Shown here one piece after another: positions 37,030 to 50,588 of a DNA stretch of 64,000 nt (its first letter is position 1; the number at the start of each line of letters is the position of its first letter). The DNA is taken from NCBI GenBank assembly GCA_051362555.1, contig CM120648.1, forward strand, positions 5,080,587 to 5,144,586, in the 5' to 3' direction. The DNA is from Lingula anatina (Eukaryota > Animalia > Brachiopoda). Position numbers and translations under genes: made by a program. A model generated the notes under the pieces. The model was not told the DNA's origin, ran no database searches, and saw nothing but the letters and a program-made list of their open reading frames with translations.

Positions 37030-38291
37030 ACATTTGGTTGGCTTATGAAAAGAAAAATCCATTCCAACCCTGCCAATGAGACATTTGAGGCTAATAATAC
37101 ATTCGTCAATTGATTGCATTTGGCTGCAAAATAAAGGCAACTCTAGGAATTCTAGTGATTTTGTGCAATAAACTGGAATGTCCGTTTAACTATTGATGGT
37201 TGCCATTTCAACATACATGGACTCCTGTGTGGCCTTTTCAGGGAAAGTCTCGGGGGTTCACTGTGACCTTTGCGGGAATCTTCAGGAAAGTGTCTTTTTG
37301 GCTCCCACTTGGCTAGTAAGAAACTGGACATTGTCCGTCTTTCGGTCCACCGACAGTTCTATTCCCTTCAATAAATCCGTAATTCTATGTTAAAACTATC
37401 TGGTGTGTGTGTGTTTCTGTGTGTGTGTGTGTGTGTGCGCGCACATGCAAATATGTGAGACCTGGCACTCTTTCCTTCAGTATATTCAATATTCACCCCC
37501 TAGTGTTCAACTTTGTGTTTAACCAAGCTCCTATTCTACAAGTTATATTATTTAGCCCTTTATAAGGTATATTATTTCTCCTTTTATAGATTGTATTTAG
37601 CCTTCTTTAAAGTTATATTATTTAGCCCTTAAAAGTTTTAATATTAAGCCTTTTTTAAAAGTTATATTATTTTGCCTTTTATAAGTTATATTATGTAGCC
37701 TTTTGCAAGTTATATTATTTAGCCTTTAAATTATAAATTATCCTTTTGGTCACAAGCAGCATGTACATTGCAAACTATTCGCGGAAAAAGCACAGGTGTG
37801 AAGTAAACACAAGAGGTTGTCACCTGAAAACAGCCTTTGACGTGATGACTCCAGGTTGGCTTTCTGCCTAGCTTTGAAAACACCTATCTGATGGTTTTTA
37901 TGCTAGTAACAATAGAATACATTAGAATACATTAACTGGGGTAGCGCTAACACTGGTCAATTTAGCCAAATGCTAAAACTAACTTAAATTGGCTAAAGAA
38001 AAAGGGTTTGATTTGACTTGTTTTAGTCAAATTATAATAATTTTGATAGCAAATTGACAAAAAAGTGGTGATTTGGCTAAATGAAAAAAAATTGCTAACG
38101 CTACCCCAGATTAAAAAATATCAGAACTGCTTAGAATTTAAGTGTGAATAGTTAACCAGCAATGCTCAAATATGCTCTGCCTATTCATCGTTATTCTTTT
38201 TCAAAAATCCCTTCTCTCAGTTTTTATGTACACCAATTTTGCAACATGAGATCTGCAGGGAAATACGCATACACACATGCATGCACGCACA

Positions 38292-38331
<40 letters not shown>

Positions 38332-41300
38332 TCTTCCAGACATACCTTTGTCAATGACCTCCAATATCTTTCTGAAGCATATCTTTGGAGGTCAACATTT
38401 ACCTTTTAACTGTGGCAAATCCAGAGTTATTTTCTGACAGTCTTCCAAACTATCTTTGTAGATTCATCGTCCAATTTTGACCATCTTCCAGCAGAAAAAA
38501 TTCATACCCTACATTGTAAACTTGAAAATATGACTGTCTTCCCGCAGACCCAGAATTCGGCCTCAATCTGCCCCTAGTTTACCCCAAACTTTGGGCAGAT
38601 CATCCAGCCCTTGTGGTGCCAGGCGTGAACGCACATCAAGTAAATTACCGCACGCACTCTGCAGGTAATTACCAGGTATTACCACTTGATATAGTTGCTG
38701 TCAATTAACACATGTACTCAATTGATTTCAGCATAGAAGGGTTGGTTGATCAATTATAACGCTGAAGAAGTTGAAGCCTCTTATCAATATGAGTTCTATG
38801 CAAAGTGGCGTGGATTATTGACGTCGGATTGAAAGTCATTTGTTTACGTTTGGGGACATAGTCGAGTGTGTGTGTGTTTCTGTCCCTAATTCTTAGGAGC
38901 TAAAGCACTACTGAGTGAAAATCAATCTTGGGAAAATTCATGAATATTTCAGGGGTAGAAATGCTGCCTGAGTGAGTGTCCTAGGTGGCTGGAAACTCCC
39001 TGCAGTTATCAGTTTGCCAGTTTCTGGAAATGGCAGATACATGCTGATATCAGGGGTGGCTTTCTGGTGACTTACGAATCTTGTGGTAAGGCGGTTGCAG
39101 CTAGTTCATATATCACTTAAATTTGGCAATATGTGGGTTTTAGGACCATCCCCCCCCCCCCCCCCCAAAAAAAAAAAAAAAAAAAAAATCTTGACATCTT
39201 GATAATCTGTCTCTGTCCTAAGTAAATGCTGAAAATGTCATATTTTACGTTAATATTACTTAACTACTGATAAATGCTTATCTCACTATTTCTGACACAT
39301 GTCAGAATTTCCCATTATGAATTTACTTAAAAACCTTCATCTGGCAAGATGTGGCCTAAGTTTCTCAAGTTCAAATAAATTCTTACCGAATCTCATGAAG
39401 TGAGACAGAATATAAGTTTCAATGTGACATATCTTGACGGATTTGCTCTTTCTCATTATGACACATTCCCAAGGTCTCCTTTAGTTTGGCTCTGATTTTC
39501 TTTCTGAGATTGCTCTAAAAAACTCACCTCAGCCTTTTCCAGGAACTAGAATAATGATGATGATTGCGACGAGTTTCCAATAGGCTGTTAAACTCAGGGT
39601 CGTTGGAGGTCAATTAATTCATTGGCTGCGCATTAATATTTAATCACTGTTGAATAATATTGAAATGCCACGAAGGGGGCTATATGTTTACATACCTATT
39701 ACAAGTATTCAATATCTTTGGTATAGAAGTTAAGTCATTTATATTGGGCATGTTTGCAGATCTTATATTATTATGTATTGATATCTGGGGATGTGTAAAT
39801 TGGGTACATATTGATGTGCGTTAGGTCTATTTAAATTTGGAACTCCTAAATGATTCTGACTTGTTTTGATTACAAGGTTGTTGATTTTTAGTCGTTCATA
39901 AGAGATTCTTATTTGAGACCAACTCTATGTTCAGAATTTGCTCCTAATTTTTTTTTTTCTTCAGAGTAACGAAAGTAAGACACAAAAAATCAATTTAGGG
40001 GAAATTAATTGATTTTTGTTGTAATCTAGTGAGTAATTACCCTACTAGAGCAGTGTCAACACAAATTAATTTGGCCTCCAGTGACAGCTGACATTTCCTT
40101 ACCACAGAACACATAAAATGCTGGCATTGGCAGTTACCAGGATTTGTGCTACACAGATTATTATTATTATTTTTTTTTTTTAATAAAAAATCTGATTTTT
40201 TTCTTGGCGGTTTTCTACCTGAAGTGTTCCCTTGATGGACACAGAGACATTTTTAATTTTTTTTTTTATTGAAGCCAAAATCATGTCTGGTAACACCCTG
40301 AGCTTCTCCTTCCTCTCCCCCTTAATGTTTTTCTGAACAGGCACTATACATAGGGATATCATTCTGAAAAAATGTTATCCTGTAGAGTGAAATTTTATAC
40401 ATATATCACAGACACACAAGCATTATTTGTCTAACGTGTTATAATATGGACAGTCAGAGGCTTTAAATTAGAGAATGAAAAATCATGAGACAACCCACTC
40501 AGAATTCAAGTGTGTCTGGCCCACACCCCCTGGGATCTCTGGGTATCAGTAAATGAGATCTATGGAAATACAAGACTTATCAATGCAATTGTATAATTAG
40601 TACCGTCTCATCGGCCTTAGCCAGACTACAACTACCCTCTACCAGGACCACGGAGATTTTTTTTCACAAGATATTCATGCATATTTCACATGCTGTTCCC
40701 TAGCTGTGTACATTTCCGGACTGCACTGGGAGGATTTTTGTGCAGCGAGACATTGTCGCTCAGCAGATCTATTGACTGTGGCCTTGATATGGGTTGTATT
40801 ACCAGTCATTTTTGTCTTGCCACAGTGTAGAATAACCTTGCATTTCCGTGAGCATGGCAAATGAATAACGGTTATTATTCCTGAGATTTCTTTTTTTTTA
40901 TTTTCATCTGGGGTAGATTTACCTAATTTTCCTTGAGGATGGCAAAAACAGGAAATATTAATGTTACAATTCTAAAGATATTTTCTATTCATGGTTTGGT
41001 GTAAATTTACTAGTTCCTTGAATTTCCTTGAGCATGGCAAATGCAGGAAATATTAATGTTACAATTCTTAAGAATTCTGTTCATGATTGGTTGTAAATTT
41101 GTCTTGTGACCATGGCAAATACAGGGAATATTAATGTTACAATTCTTAAGAATTCTATTTATGATTAGGTGTAAATTTGTCTTGTGACCATGGCAAATAC
41201 AGGGAATATTAATGTTACAATTCTTAAGATTTCTATTCTTGATTTGGTGTAGATTTACCTTGAATTTTATTGAGCATAAGCAAATAGAAGAACATTGCAA

Positions 41301-42148
41301 TTCTTCTTCTGATAAATCTTTTTAAAACTAATCTTTTCTCAGCTGGGCGTAGAATAACCTTGAAATTCCATGAGCTTGATAAATGCAAGAAATAACTCCT
41401 CTTCTTAATGTCTCTCTCCTTTGGCCTTGTGTAGAATTACCTTTACTTTCTTTTGGTATATTTCCAAGAATTTCTACTGGTAGATTTCCAACAATTACCT
41501 GAGTATCATCAGAAATACAACACCATGTAGACCTGTTTTGACCTTCACGAGGCGGAGAGCACAAAAAAGCTGGTGACTATCAGGTGTGGATGTATCCATT
41601 TCCTCCAGTTCCCCTACTTTATGCCTTACGTTGTATTGTTTGTATTGTATAACAGTAAATGCTCATGAAATTCCAACAAAATAAATTAATACATTTAATA
41701 CAAAAAACATTGTTATGTAAGTAGTACTCAGAAGTATAATTTTGAAGGTTAATGGTTTCACATCAAAAAGAACATTTTTTTTTAATAACTAGATATGATC
41801 AGTTTAAAATTGATAAGGAGCATGAAATTTTAAAATAATTACCATAGATGCTGAGAATGTGACCATGGCCTCACTGTTATTCAATAGTTTATGGTATGTT
41901 AAGAGTGTACAAAAAAGTAGCAGGAACAACGTCATAAATATTCAGACGCGCAATCCTCTTAAAAACAAAACTGGCAAAATCAAAATAGAAAGAAAAAAAA
42001 ATGCAACCAAATTTCTGCAAAAATGCATGTAAAATCCCTCTGTATTTTCAGTTAGTTTGCTTCTTTGACACATCTGTTGTATTTGACATACTTAAAAATT
42101 CATCGGCTTGGCATATGGCACGCTAGTATACAGTTGTATGTGCCCAAT

Positions 42149-42223
<75 letters not shown>

Positions 42224-42663
42224 CACACACACACACATTACGAACAAGTGGCTCTGCACGTGCTTAACATCTCGTTATTTCCTATATTTGAAAAAAAAGA
42301 AAAATACAAATGCTATGAGTATAACAAGTATATCATTGTAGAGTGCCCATAAATATTGATTTGTTTTAAATGAGCTGTTAACTCTCTGGATTCTTTAGTG
42401 TAATAAACACCAAAAACCAAATGACGGCTACTTTTTTGTCATCCTGTTCCTCTTACTACCTTAAAAATGTATGTGTGATATTGAATGTGAAGTTGCTAAT
42501 TAGGTTTACTTTATTGACACCCATCTTTTCAGTGTTTTGTGTTCTGTTGTAAAGTGTCTTACAGCTTCCTCAGGTGCCTAGACAATGTGGCATGTTAAAG
42601 ATACACGTCAAGTGATGTTGCATGTGAAAGCATCTATACCATTCTCCAATATTGTTTCCCTCC

Positions 42664-42758
<95 letters not shown>

Positions 42759-44128
42759 GTGCAAAAGTGTTGTTGGACCCAATAATATTATGGAAAGCTT
42801 GGCAAATGGCTAATTTGTCAAAGAATTTCCATCAACCTTGTGACACGCTAGACAACAGCAAGGGCTTAAGTCGGCATTTCCTCTTCCAGGAATGGATTTT
42901 TTATCACAGCGGTGTCAAACTCAGATGGAAATCTAGTTCTCTTAATAAATATGCAAAAGAGGATTATTTTCACAAAAGCATTATTACCAGGATTATTCAA
43001 TTTAGCTAACAGACAGACTGGTAATTGATATGTTTTGTATGTTTACCGGACATTTTATGTTATTATTCTAATTTATTTATTGTTATGAAAAAAGAATGTG
43101 GAAGGGAGGATTTCATGTCTACAAAACATAAAATCCAAGGATTTGGGTGATTTCATAGATACAATTATTTTACCACAAAAGATGGTTGTCATGTCACCAC
43201 AACTGCACAAAGTCGATCAACTTGGCATTTATGAAGGAAATATATCTTCCACCCAGAATATCTGGCTAAAACTGAATTTAAAAGAAACCTGAAGCAGATG
43301 GTTTGTCAACAAAAAGACAATCATGAGAGGAAAGGTGCCATTTCATGAAAAATTGTCCTATCTGAAGTCAGTATTAAGTCAGTTAGGCCATGTAAAGTTT
43401 ATAAATTGTTTAACAAGTTGCAACTCTGTTAGTAGACAAAATGTATGTTGTTTTTAAACATATGACATTTAATGAGCACAATAGCAAAATTGTAGGGTAT
43501 TCTTCAGGGGGCTGGGAAGGGGGGGGGCGAAATGTCAAACTCTCAGTATGAGCTATTTTCTAGCATAAGAACAGCAATATGGGATTTTTTCTGGGGTTGT
43601 GCATAAATTTACCCAAATATGTACTCTTTTTGAAAAAAGATGGGTACAAAGGAAATTAAAAACTTCTGTTTTTCTCAAAATTCAAGTTGGTCGCACTCGT
43701 TAACCAGCATATCAGATTTGTCTGGCCTAATTAAGACAAGAATGTTAGGTGTTAATTAGGCAGAAAATTCTTACAGGGTTGATGAAAGGCACAACCACAT
43801 GGGAGATAGGAAGATGGATGATTGATATTAGGAGCTTCTCTTGGCTGTTATTTTCAATCAATGAGGTTATTTATGAAGGCATTATTTTCTCACACCTGTA
43901 GAGTGTAAAGTAAGGCAGCATCATTGGGTGACAGACGGCAGAGTTCTCCAGCTGTTCTGTAGGATTTGATACTTCAAATTAAGCTGCTGAAATTCATGGT
44001 GAATCCCTAGGATATTTTAATTAAAATGACTGCTTTCGTCACCTTCACCTCAGTGCCTCTTCCATGTTGGGTCTTGTATATAAGGTGCTTTTGTAATACA
44101 GCAAGCTGAAGTCTGTCTTGTGGTCACT

Positions 44129-44178
<50 letters not shown>

Positions 44179-45528
44179 TCTTCCCTGGAATGGTAATCTG
44201 AGTAGTGATCATTTAAAACCCTATAGAGGTAAAATCTGGCTGTGTGATGATTTCTGTCACAGGAGATTCAGTTCACCTCACACTGGTCTCTCAGTAATTC
44301 ATTCCTCCGTACAGAAAGGCCCTATTCTCTCCCAGACACATAAATTAATGCAGAATTAGACTAGTATGTTGCCTGGTTCAAGTTTCTGCTGTGAAACAGA
44401 ACTATGAATATATAATATTATCTGAAGGAAGCTTCAGGAACCATATGTCTGAGGGCTCTCTTTTCTGTAATTGTTTGTTATGAGAGGAGTATTTGAGTTG
44501 AAATAATGTCTGCCACAGATTGTGAATGGTGCATGGTAATCCTTGTAATACAGGTAATTTGCTACTGGGGATAATCTTCCTACCAATTAAACAAGGCCTG
44601 TATTATTTATATTCTTGTATAATTTAATGTAATAATATCTTTAACAACTTGTGTAATTTAATGTTATAATATCATTAATTTCAGATTTATCTTAAGTTTA
44701 TAAGCAAAATAAATTATTATTATTATTATTATTCACAGTTCTTTACAGCCATGTTTATAGTCAAGTTGGGTCCACTCAACTCTTTATCACATGTGGACCT
44801 GACCATCATCATTGTAATTGCCTAAACTAGCTTGGTTCTGATTGACGGCTTTCTGCTGTGACCTGATTGCAATCAAATGGCTCCCTGGAAAGGGGAGTTC
44901 TAAATTAGGTTTATCAACCTTCACTGGGAGTCATTTATTTCCTGGAACGTGTTACCTGTATGACGTTGTCTGTCAAGTGAAGACAGGTGTGCTGTTTTAT
45001 CATTTCTCTCTTTTTCTGCTCTTATCTCGTACCAGTAGAGTTTTTGCCGACTGTTCAAGTCCTCTTGTCAGGGAGCATCATGTGATACATACATTTTAAA
45101 ATATGTGTCAACTTTTTTCTTCAATACGCACATTATGAGGCATTGTTGTACATTCCTCTGATAGACACTGACTGCTTTTTTTCCCAGGATTTATAATAGT
45201 AATGGTTTTCATTTCTTTTACATTGCATATTGCGGAGAACAGTGACTTAATGTTTTGCCTAAAAGAATAATTTAACGTGGCTAATTGGCTAAATTGGCAG
45301 GAACTCCCCAGAGTAGGCCAACCTATGAACAGTATAAATGTACTTTAATATGCAGTTCACTTGTAAAAAAATAGTTCTCCATTCAGAAATTGTCATGACA
45401 ATAGCTAAGAGCCAGTGTGAAATATATTTCAGTCTTTCCTGCTTACTCTGAAGAACAAGATAAACAATAGCTCTATCTATGTGTTTTGAGAATTATGATC
45501 ATAATGTAGGCAACACATAGCATAATGA

Positions 45529-45559
<31 letters not shown>

Positions 45560-46509
45560 ACTAACATTTCAGTTATGATCAGCTACCTGCTCAGCTTCCT
45601 CCCCTAGGTCTGTAATCAACCAATTTCCAAGTTGTAAGTGGCACTGATGATCAGTCTAAAACAACACGGCAATGGCAGAGCTTTGAAGCTCTCAGCATGC
45701 GCTGTAGCCAAGCCAGTATGCTGCCTGCGCTCTTCACAGTCCAACTCTCAGGTATGGCGGGAGTACATGCAGGTAGTTGAAATTCACACATCAGGTGCAT
45801 TCAGACACAGAATTCAGAATTCGTTTTTGGTCCAAAATGTGTCACCAGGGCAATGCCTGTGCATCTACTCTGGTAATTTTAGGCTTTATGGCATGTTGTG
45901 ATAGCTCACAAGAAAACGGTGCACCGACACAGTCAACTGCAGCTCTGAAAATGAAATCTCTGCTAATTAATTTGACGACTGATGCCACATTTTAGACCTA
46001 AACCCCCTTTCGTTCTATGTACCTGTCTGTGGCCACCTATTGATTAAAGCAGGATTGTTTTGTGTGTTGAAAACATCTCCCAGTACAGGGGGAGCGCAAA
46101 AACATCGGACAATGATCTTGTTACTGTATGATAACACTTGGTAAAAAGGTTTAGTAAATAGCTGTACAATCGAGGAGTGTTTGCTTAGGCGGGGAGTAGA
46201 GCCGGCGTGTTTACCTTGATTGTTAATAGGATTGTGATATATGGGTAACGTCAAAGGAAACTTGGGTGAAAATCCATCACATTCTGTCCCTTTGATCCGT
46301 CTTTGTTGAAGCAGAAAGTGGAAATTATCTGATTTGATTGCATTTAATTTTGTAATGTTTGTTGACTGATTGATCAGGGAGTCAGTAAAGAAGTCCATTG
46401 AAATGTTTGATTTTGAAGTGTTATACTGCTGCCTATTCTAAATTTGTTGTTGAACGTTATATTTTTGATTTTGAGGATTGTGAATTTTTGGGGCTGTTCC
46501 CCCCCCCCC

Positions 46510-46548
<39 letters not shown>

Positions 46549-49068
46549 ATTCTGTTACACAATCTCAATTCTGTTTTCTTGCCATAAGATAGTTATAAAA
46601 TTATTTCTTCTGGATTGTTTTCCTCTGGTTAACAATATCAAGGTTTTGAACATTATAATATCTCTTAAATGTGAAATTATTTTGTTTCTGTCTATGGCCT
46701 AGAGTAGTGTACATGCACCACTGAAAAACAGCAGTATCAGATAGTCACAACAACATAAAAATGTCATTAGTGAGTGCTATCTGAAACCAACGTGAAAAAT
46801 GCTAGCGTGGTCGAAAGTACTGTAACATGACATTCTGCGTGGTAATATGAGGACCAAGGTAATGCTCGAGAAGAAAAAAATGAGATGCAACATGTTTTTC
46901 TTCTGTTTTAAAGTAAGTCTATTTGTACTCGGGTGAAATGATTTGTAAAGGTTCTATCATGTGGTCTTCTTTGCTAAATAAGCGTTTGTATCACAGTTTA
47001 GGTAAAATTTTGTGAAAATGAATACTATTCAGCTTTTCCTAGGTTTCATAAAAGGAAAGTATGGATTGGCAAGTTTATGGATTGGCAAGTTTATTTTCAA
47101 AAGAAGGTAGATAATCACTGAAAGGACTTAGTTATTAGTGAGATTGTTATGTTTGGTCATTGGTATTAGTTTAAGTGAAGTGGGGAGTTCTTTTGTTGCA
47201 GAGCCTGTCTCTTGACAAAAAAAAAAAAAAAAAAAATTGAGCAGACGTCAAATAGGAAGGTGCTGTAATAGAGCAGTGTTAGTTTAGCGATTATTCCAAT
47301 TTTTGATATTTAAATGCGAGCTCTGGTTGTTGTTTTAGCAATTAAAACATGTTTTTGCTACTTTTGAAGGCAATATTGAACTGTTGTTTTAGCAGTTACT
47401 GCGAGTTTTGATACCTTGGAGCAAATGATGAGTTTACACTTTGATAACTTTAGCCTTGTGTGATCCAGGACTGATAAAATGAAAAGCACAAATATCCGGT
47501 CATGTCTTATGGCCAAGTTTATTAAAACTGACAAATTTTTTGCGAAGTGATCAACACAAGGGTCGTAACTGCACCCCCCCCCCCCCAAAAAAAAAAAAAA
47601 AAAAAAACTTATCTGGGAACCTTTTTTTACCTGATTCAACAGCAAAACAGTCTGAGAGTGTTCACATTACATCAATGTTTATTCAAGTATAAAAAGATGC
47701 AATCAAGCAGAAGAGAGGTATTTATAAACTACATCAGTCACTGCTCCACAAATTTAGATTGATATTGAGGCACCTGCCCTTATTGATTGGACCAAAGTTT
47801 GAAATGAGTGTTTTACTCAAGTGAAGTAAAGAAAAAAATGAGAAAATATTAATAAGAAACATTTTTCTTCATTTTCTTAACCAGAGGATTTTTCATTAGT
47901 TTTGGTGAAGATTGATTGATAGATTCACCCAGCAAGATATGAACTAATCACTAGTAGTATGAAGATCAAGGTGTATCCAAATAAAGAGAAGAAAAAAGGT
48001 GCTAATGATAAACATTTCTCAACTTCTTATTGATCAAGGGATTTGTAACTGAATTAGATTCACCTGCCTTATATTAGCCAGACTTTCTTTATTTGCCAAG
48101 AAAGCTTTTCAGAAGAAACAAAACCAAAGCGAAACGGAACCCCAGATGTTGTGTCTGACAAGTTGACAGTTTTCTTTGAAATTTAAATGATATATTTTTT
48201 GTATATTTAGGTCAGTCCTCAATGAACCTCATGATTTTTAAGTATTACAACTGTTGATATTATCTTTTTCAATTTATATATTACAAAAGAAAATATTAGG
48301 GGTATTATTTCCTAGCACTTTGAGTGAGAAGCACAAACTCTACAAACTGACCTTTACCGACTGATCTCATGATTTTCAAAGATAATTCTTTTATCAGCTT
48401 GAGTTTTACATAAAAAAAGCAACTCCCAAAATCTCTAGTGCAGTAGTTCATGTCTGTCTTCATCATTATAATTGGCTAGTTCACTGACTAGTAAATTGAC
48501 AGAATAAGATCATTGGGTTTTTTTTTTCTTGTTAGCAAAGAAAAGAAGTTTGAATTTTTTTACACACCTTTTTTCTTTACACAACCATAATTAAAGAAAA
48601 TTAAATGCCAAGACATTGTTGGAATCTATTTTCCATGTTATCAATTTTTTTTAGTTTATAAATGTTTCTTCATTACATTCTTTCTTTTTAGTTAATTTAT
48701 TTCATTTGCAAAGAGATGATTAAGATCCTGCTAAATAAAACAGAAAAAAAGCAATAAATAATCTTCATGGTTATTTTATCAGTAGTTGCCTCAGCAGTGA
48801 AAGCATTTGATAAGAAATCAATCAATATTACATTTGCTGACAGTAATCAGAATATATTCTCACGATGAATAATTCCTTTTTTTTTTCGTCTTTTAAGTAC
48901 TGCCAAAAAGGAAGACATACGCATCTTTGATTAAGTTGTGCATTTTGCTATGACTGGATTATCCTGAACTTTGTAAATTTGATGGACGTGAAAGGACGTA
49001 GATGATGCAGGATAAAAGTTTCATGGTGTTGGAAGAGATTGAACTCAAGTAATGATTACTTTAAGTAG

Positions 49069-49127
<59 letters not shown>

Positions 49128-50555
49128 AAGTTTTGTGTGTTAACCGTGATAACCTGATAACCTAGCTGATAAAGCTCCATAGAGTCAGACTAAGTTTCAT
49201 CGCAAGCTGCATAGACTATAAAAACCTAAAGAATGGCACCTGAGAGAGGGCTAAACAGACACAAATGCATGCTTCTGGGATATTTCTGTTTGCGATAATA
49301 ATAAATAAAACATTAACACCATTCTCTACAGGTAAAGTTAGAATAAATACCCAACAGTTGCCAGACATATAAAGTTGCGCAACACATGCAGCCACAGCTA
49401 TATTTAATGTTCAACAGGTGAGACGGATGGATGCTGCTCCTGGGGATAAAAAACTTCCTGGGCTGGTTTCAATGTAGAACATGAGTCTGAGAATCGGTCT
49501 AAACCCTTTGGCCAAAATTTAAGCCTACTTTGAGCTATGATTAATCTGCTATAGTCAAGTTTAATGAAATAGGGCACCTGGTTGTTTTCTATCAAGAATT
49601 ACCTACCTGATGTCTCAGATCAGCAACTATTTATAAAACTATACTTCAGCAGATCAACCTTGAACTGAAACAGACCAATTTTTGGTCTTAGTGGCCATTC
49701 CCACAGATATTTGGATCGATCTAACTCCCTGGGGAGTCTCACTAAATTGCTATCAACTTAATTGGCTTAAATGTCTGTCACGCCTAGTAAAACTGTTAGG
49801 GAGTAATTATCGTTACCCCTTAGCTGATTTGGTAGGCCTGGCAGACACTTAAGCTGGTTAAGTTGATAGCAATTAAGTGAGACTCCCCTGGGAGTTAGAC
49901 CGATCCAGATGGATCGTTCTAGGCATGGGAACCCAGTCTTAAATTTCCAGGCAAAAAGTTCTAAGTGAAACCAACCCTGATTGGTGCCAAATGGCTCTTC
50001 TCTGCCTTCAATATTCTCATAAGACAGCTACAGGTTTCTGTTGGAAATGCCACGTAGCCATTTGGTAGAGGTGTGCCTCTAACACCCCGAGTTTCAGAGA
50101 ATATTACAGACTCCATACTGTCATAATGATAATAGAGATGATTTTTCAGTAATCTCCGAGTCTCTGGGTATGCTCAAATGGAAAACGTAACACTATGAGC
50201 GCATTCACAACAGATGATCCTCGGATCTACTGATCAGCGGATCAAATATGACAGTCTCCACATTAAAGCAGAGCCGACTTATCCGCTGATGGTCTCCCTG
50301 CTGCCACATGCGCTGTCCCAGCCAGGGACTAGTTAGTCAAACCTGGGAGCTGTGATTTAATCCATTTAATGGCGCGTGCGGCGGCAGGGAGACCATCAGC
50401 AGATTAGTCGGCTCTGCTTTCATGTAGAGACGGCCATATTTGATCTGCGGATCAGTAGATTCGCGGATCATCTGTTGTGAATTCCCTCTGTGATTCCTAC
50501 ATGAGCCCCTTTTATGTGAAGCAATATGTTTAGCAGATAAAATTTATATCGATAT

Positions 50556-50588
<33 letters not shown>

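Noticed and set aside
39341-39362. tggcaagatgtggc resembles the 5' part of miR-31
   Set aside because: The match collapses after ~11 nt and there is no complementary arm nearby
41010-41300. Cys/His-rich repetitive ORF (NCNINIPCICHGHKT x3) and a CRISPR-like periodic look
   Set aside because: Plain 78-bp tandem repeat with no unique spacers, no cas genes and no splice support
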